From Spirochaetia bacterium (GTDB lineage Bacteria; Spirochaetota; Spirochaetia; DSM-2461), in assembly GCA_963668315.1 (NCBI GenBank), contig OY764216.1:4832001-4896000 (forward strand): 64,000 bases of DNA. The letters are read 5' to 3'. Shown piece by piece: positions 62,785-64,000 of the stretch. Position numbers and translations under genes: made by a program. Position 1 is the first letter of the stretch. Every line of letters starts with the position of its first letter. The notes under the pieces were generated by a model. The model was given only the letters and a program-made list of their open reading frames with translations, was not told the origin of the DNA and made no database searches.

Positions 62785-64000
62785 ACCCTTTCCCTCCTTT
62801 TCAATTCTTTCAGTCCGAAGACATATAATATTCCGACCAGGACCAGCGAACATCCGTCGGAGACACTCGAGCTGTACAGGACGCCGTCCAATCCGAAAAA
62901 GCGGGGAAGGATAAACAGGGCGGGAATGAGGAAGAGCCCGTTCCTGCTCAGGGAGATCATGGTGGCCTTTCCCGGTCTGCCGATGGCCGAATAGTACATG
63001 GAGGCCAGTGTCTGGAAACCGAGGCTGAAAAGGAAAACCTTCCCCTTTCTCACGGCCCGAATGCCGTATTCCGCCAGCGCCGGGTCATGGCTGTTGAATA
63101 GCAGGAAAATCTGCCGGGGGAAAAGCATCAAGACAATCCATAGGGCCAGGGTGATCACCGATGCGATGAGCTGGCCGATGAAGGATGCCGATCTGACCCG
63201 CCGGTAATCCTCTCCGCCGTAGTTGAATCCTATTATCACCGACAGGGCGTTGTTCATGCCCATGATGAACATAATAGCCAGATTTTCAAGGGACATGATG
63301 ACCGAAACGGCCGCGATGGCCCGCTCCCCTCCCCCGGAACCGAGCTCCCCGTTGCCGTAGGACATCAGATTATGATTGATAAGGATATTATTGACAAAAC
63401 TGAGCCCCTGAAAAACGGCCGGCGCTGTCCCCAGGAGGAGGACGGTCTTCATCCTGTCCGGATGAATATCCTTCAGGCCGGTCCATTTTATCGTGCTCCG
63501 CCCCTGAAGGAAGTAGAGAAATCCCAGGGCGCATCCCGTAATCTGGCTCGCCACGGTGGCAAGGGCCGCTCCTTCCAGTCCCCTCCCCAGCATGACGACC
63601 ATCACATAATCGAGGAGTATATTCAGAAGGGCGCCCGTCACGGTGATAACCATGGCGTAATCCGTATTTCCCTCTGCCCGGACGGCGGCGGCCATGGAGA
63701 GGTTGATCACCATGAAGAACATGCCCACCGAGGTGATTTTCAGGTAGGAGAAGCCCATGGCGAAGAGCGGCGTATTCCGGATGCCCCCGCAGAGGGAAAC
63801 GAAGAAGCCCGTAAAAGTTCTGAAGAGGAAAGCCAGCACAAAGGCCAGCACAAAGGCGAGAACCATCATATTGGTAAAGGAGGCGTCCGCGCTCTCCCCG
63901 TCCTCCTTTCCCAGGGCCCGGGACATAAGGGCGCTCCCTCCGATGACAAGCATGACGGTCAGGGCGGAAGTGATGTTGTTCAGAGGGAAAACCAGTCCGA
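62778..64000 (-). CDS. MATE-family efflux protein, 5' end outside the window
   Basis: RAEG...AM, NILLD, GAALAT..SQ, GFNYG. Confidence 0.88.
   Translation of the reverse strand, partial: GLVFPLNNITSALTVMLVIGGSALMSRALGKEDGESADASFTNMMVLAFVLAFVLAFLFRTFTGFFVSLCGGIRNTPLFAMGFSYLKITSVGMFFMVINLSMAAAVRAEGNTDYAMVITVTGALLNILLDYVMVVMLGRGLEGAALATVASQITGCALGFLYFLQGRSTIKWTGLKDIHPDRMKTVLLLGTAPAVFQGLSFVNNILINHNLMSYGNGELGSGGGERAIAAVSVIMSLENLAIMFIMGMNNALSVIIGFNYGGEDYRRVRSASFIGQLIASVITLALWIVLMLFPRQIFLLFNSHDPALAEYGIRAVRKGKVFLFSLGFQTLASMYYSAIGRPGKATMISLSRNGLFLIPALFILPRFFGLDGVLYSSSVSDGCSLVLVGILYVFGLKELKRRERVW

Overview
Bacterial chromosomal window. Gene content (UPF0158-GNAT, split ChrA pair, LacI-domain hybrid kinase) suggests a spirochaete, which is an inference. 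A GC-rich core segment (1-7.1 kb: chrA pair, divergent ProRS, acyltransferase, MCP) ends at an initiator tRNA-Met (7184-7256) that is the integration site for two related elements in tandem. Element 1 (~7.26-27.2 kb) is bounded by a 45-bp direct repeat of the tRNA 3' half. It carries a tyrosine integrase, an excisionase-like gene and a phage replication initiator, but no virion or conjugation genes, plus WYL, a complete type I-C CRISPR-Cas operon and a 61-repeat array. Element 2 (from 27.2 kb) has a paralogous integrase and partner gene and a bet-gam-ssb operon with two unannotated small ORFs. Divergent from that operon is an AT-rich integron cassette array (four ~98-bp attC sites, five cassettes, an attI-like first site, no intI). 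One cassette is a 3.3-kb SIR2-HerA-KTSC unit. The array is truncated by a nested IS256-in-IS256. The rest encodes a hybrid kinase, a LacI/sugar-ABC/GDPD locus, HD-GYP, AraC, an Amt-PII fusion lacking both pore histidines, a HisC-like enzyme, an Opp-type ABC system and a MATE. All calls were read by eye and no databases were searched.
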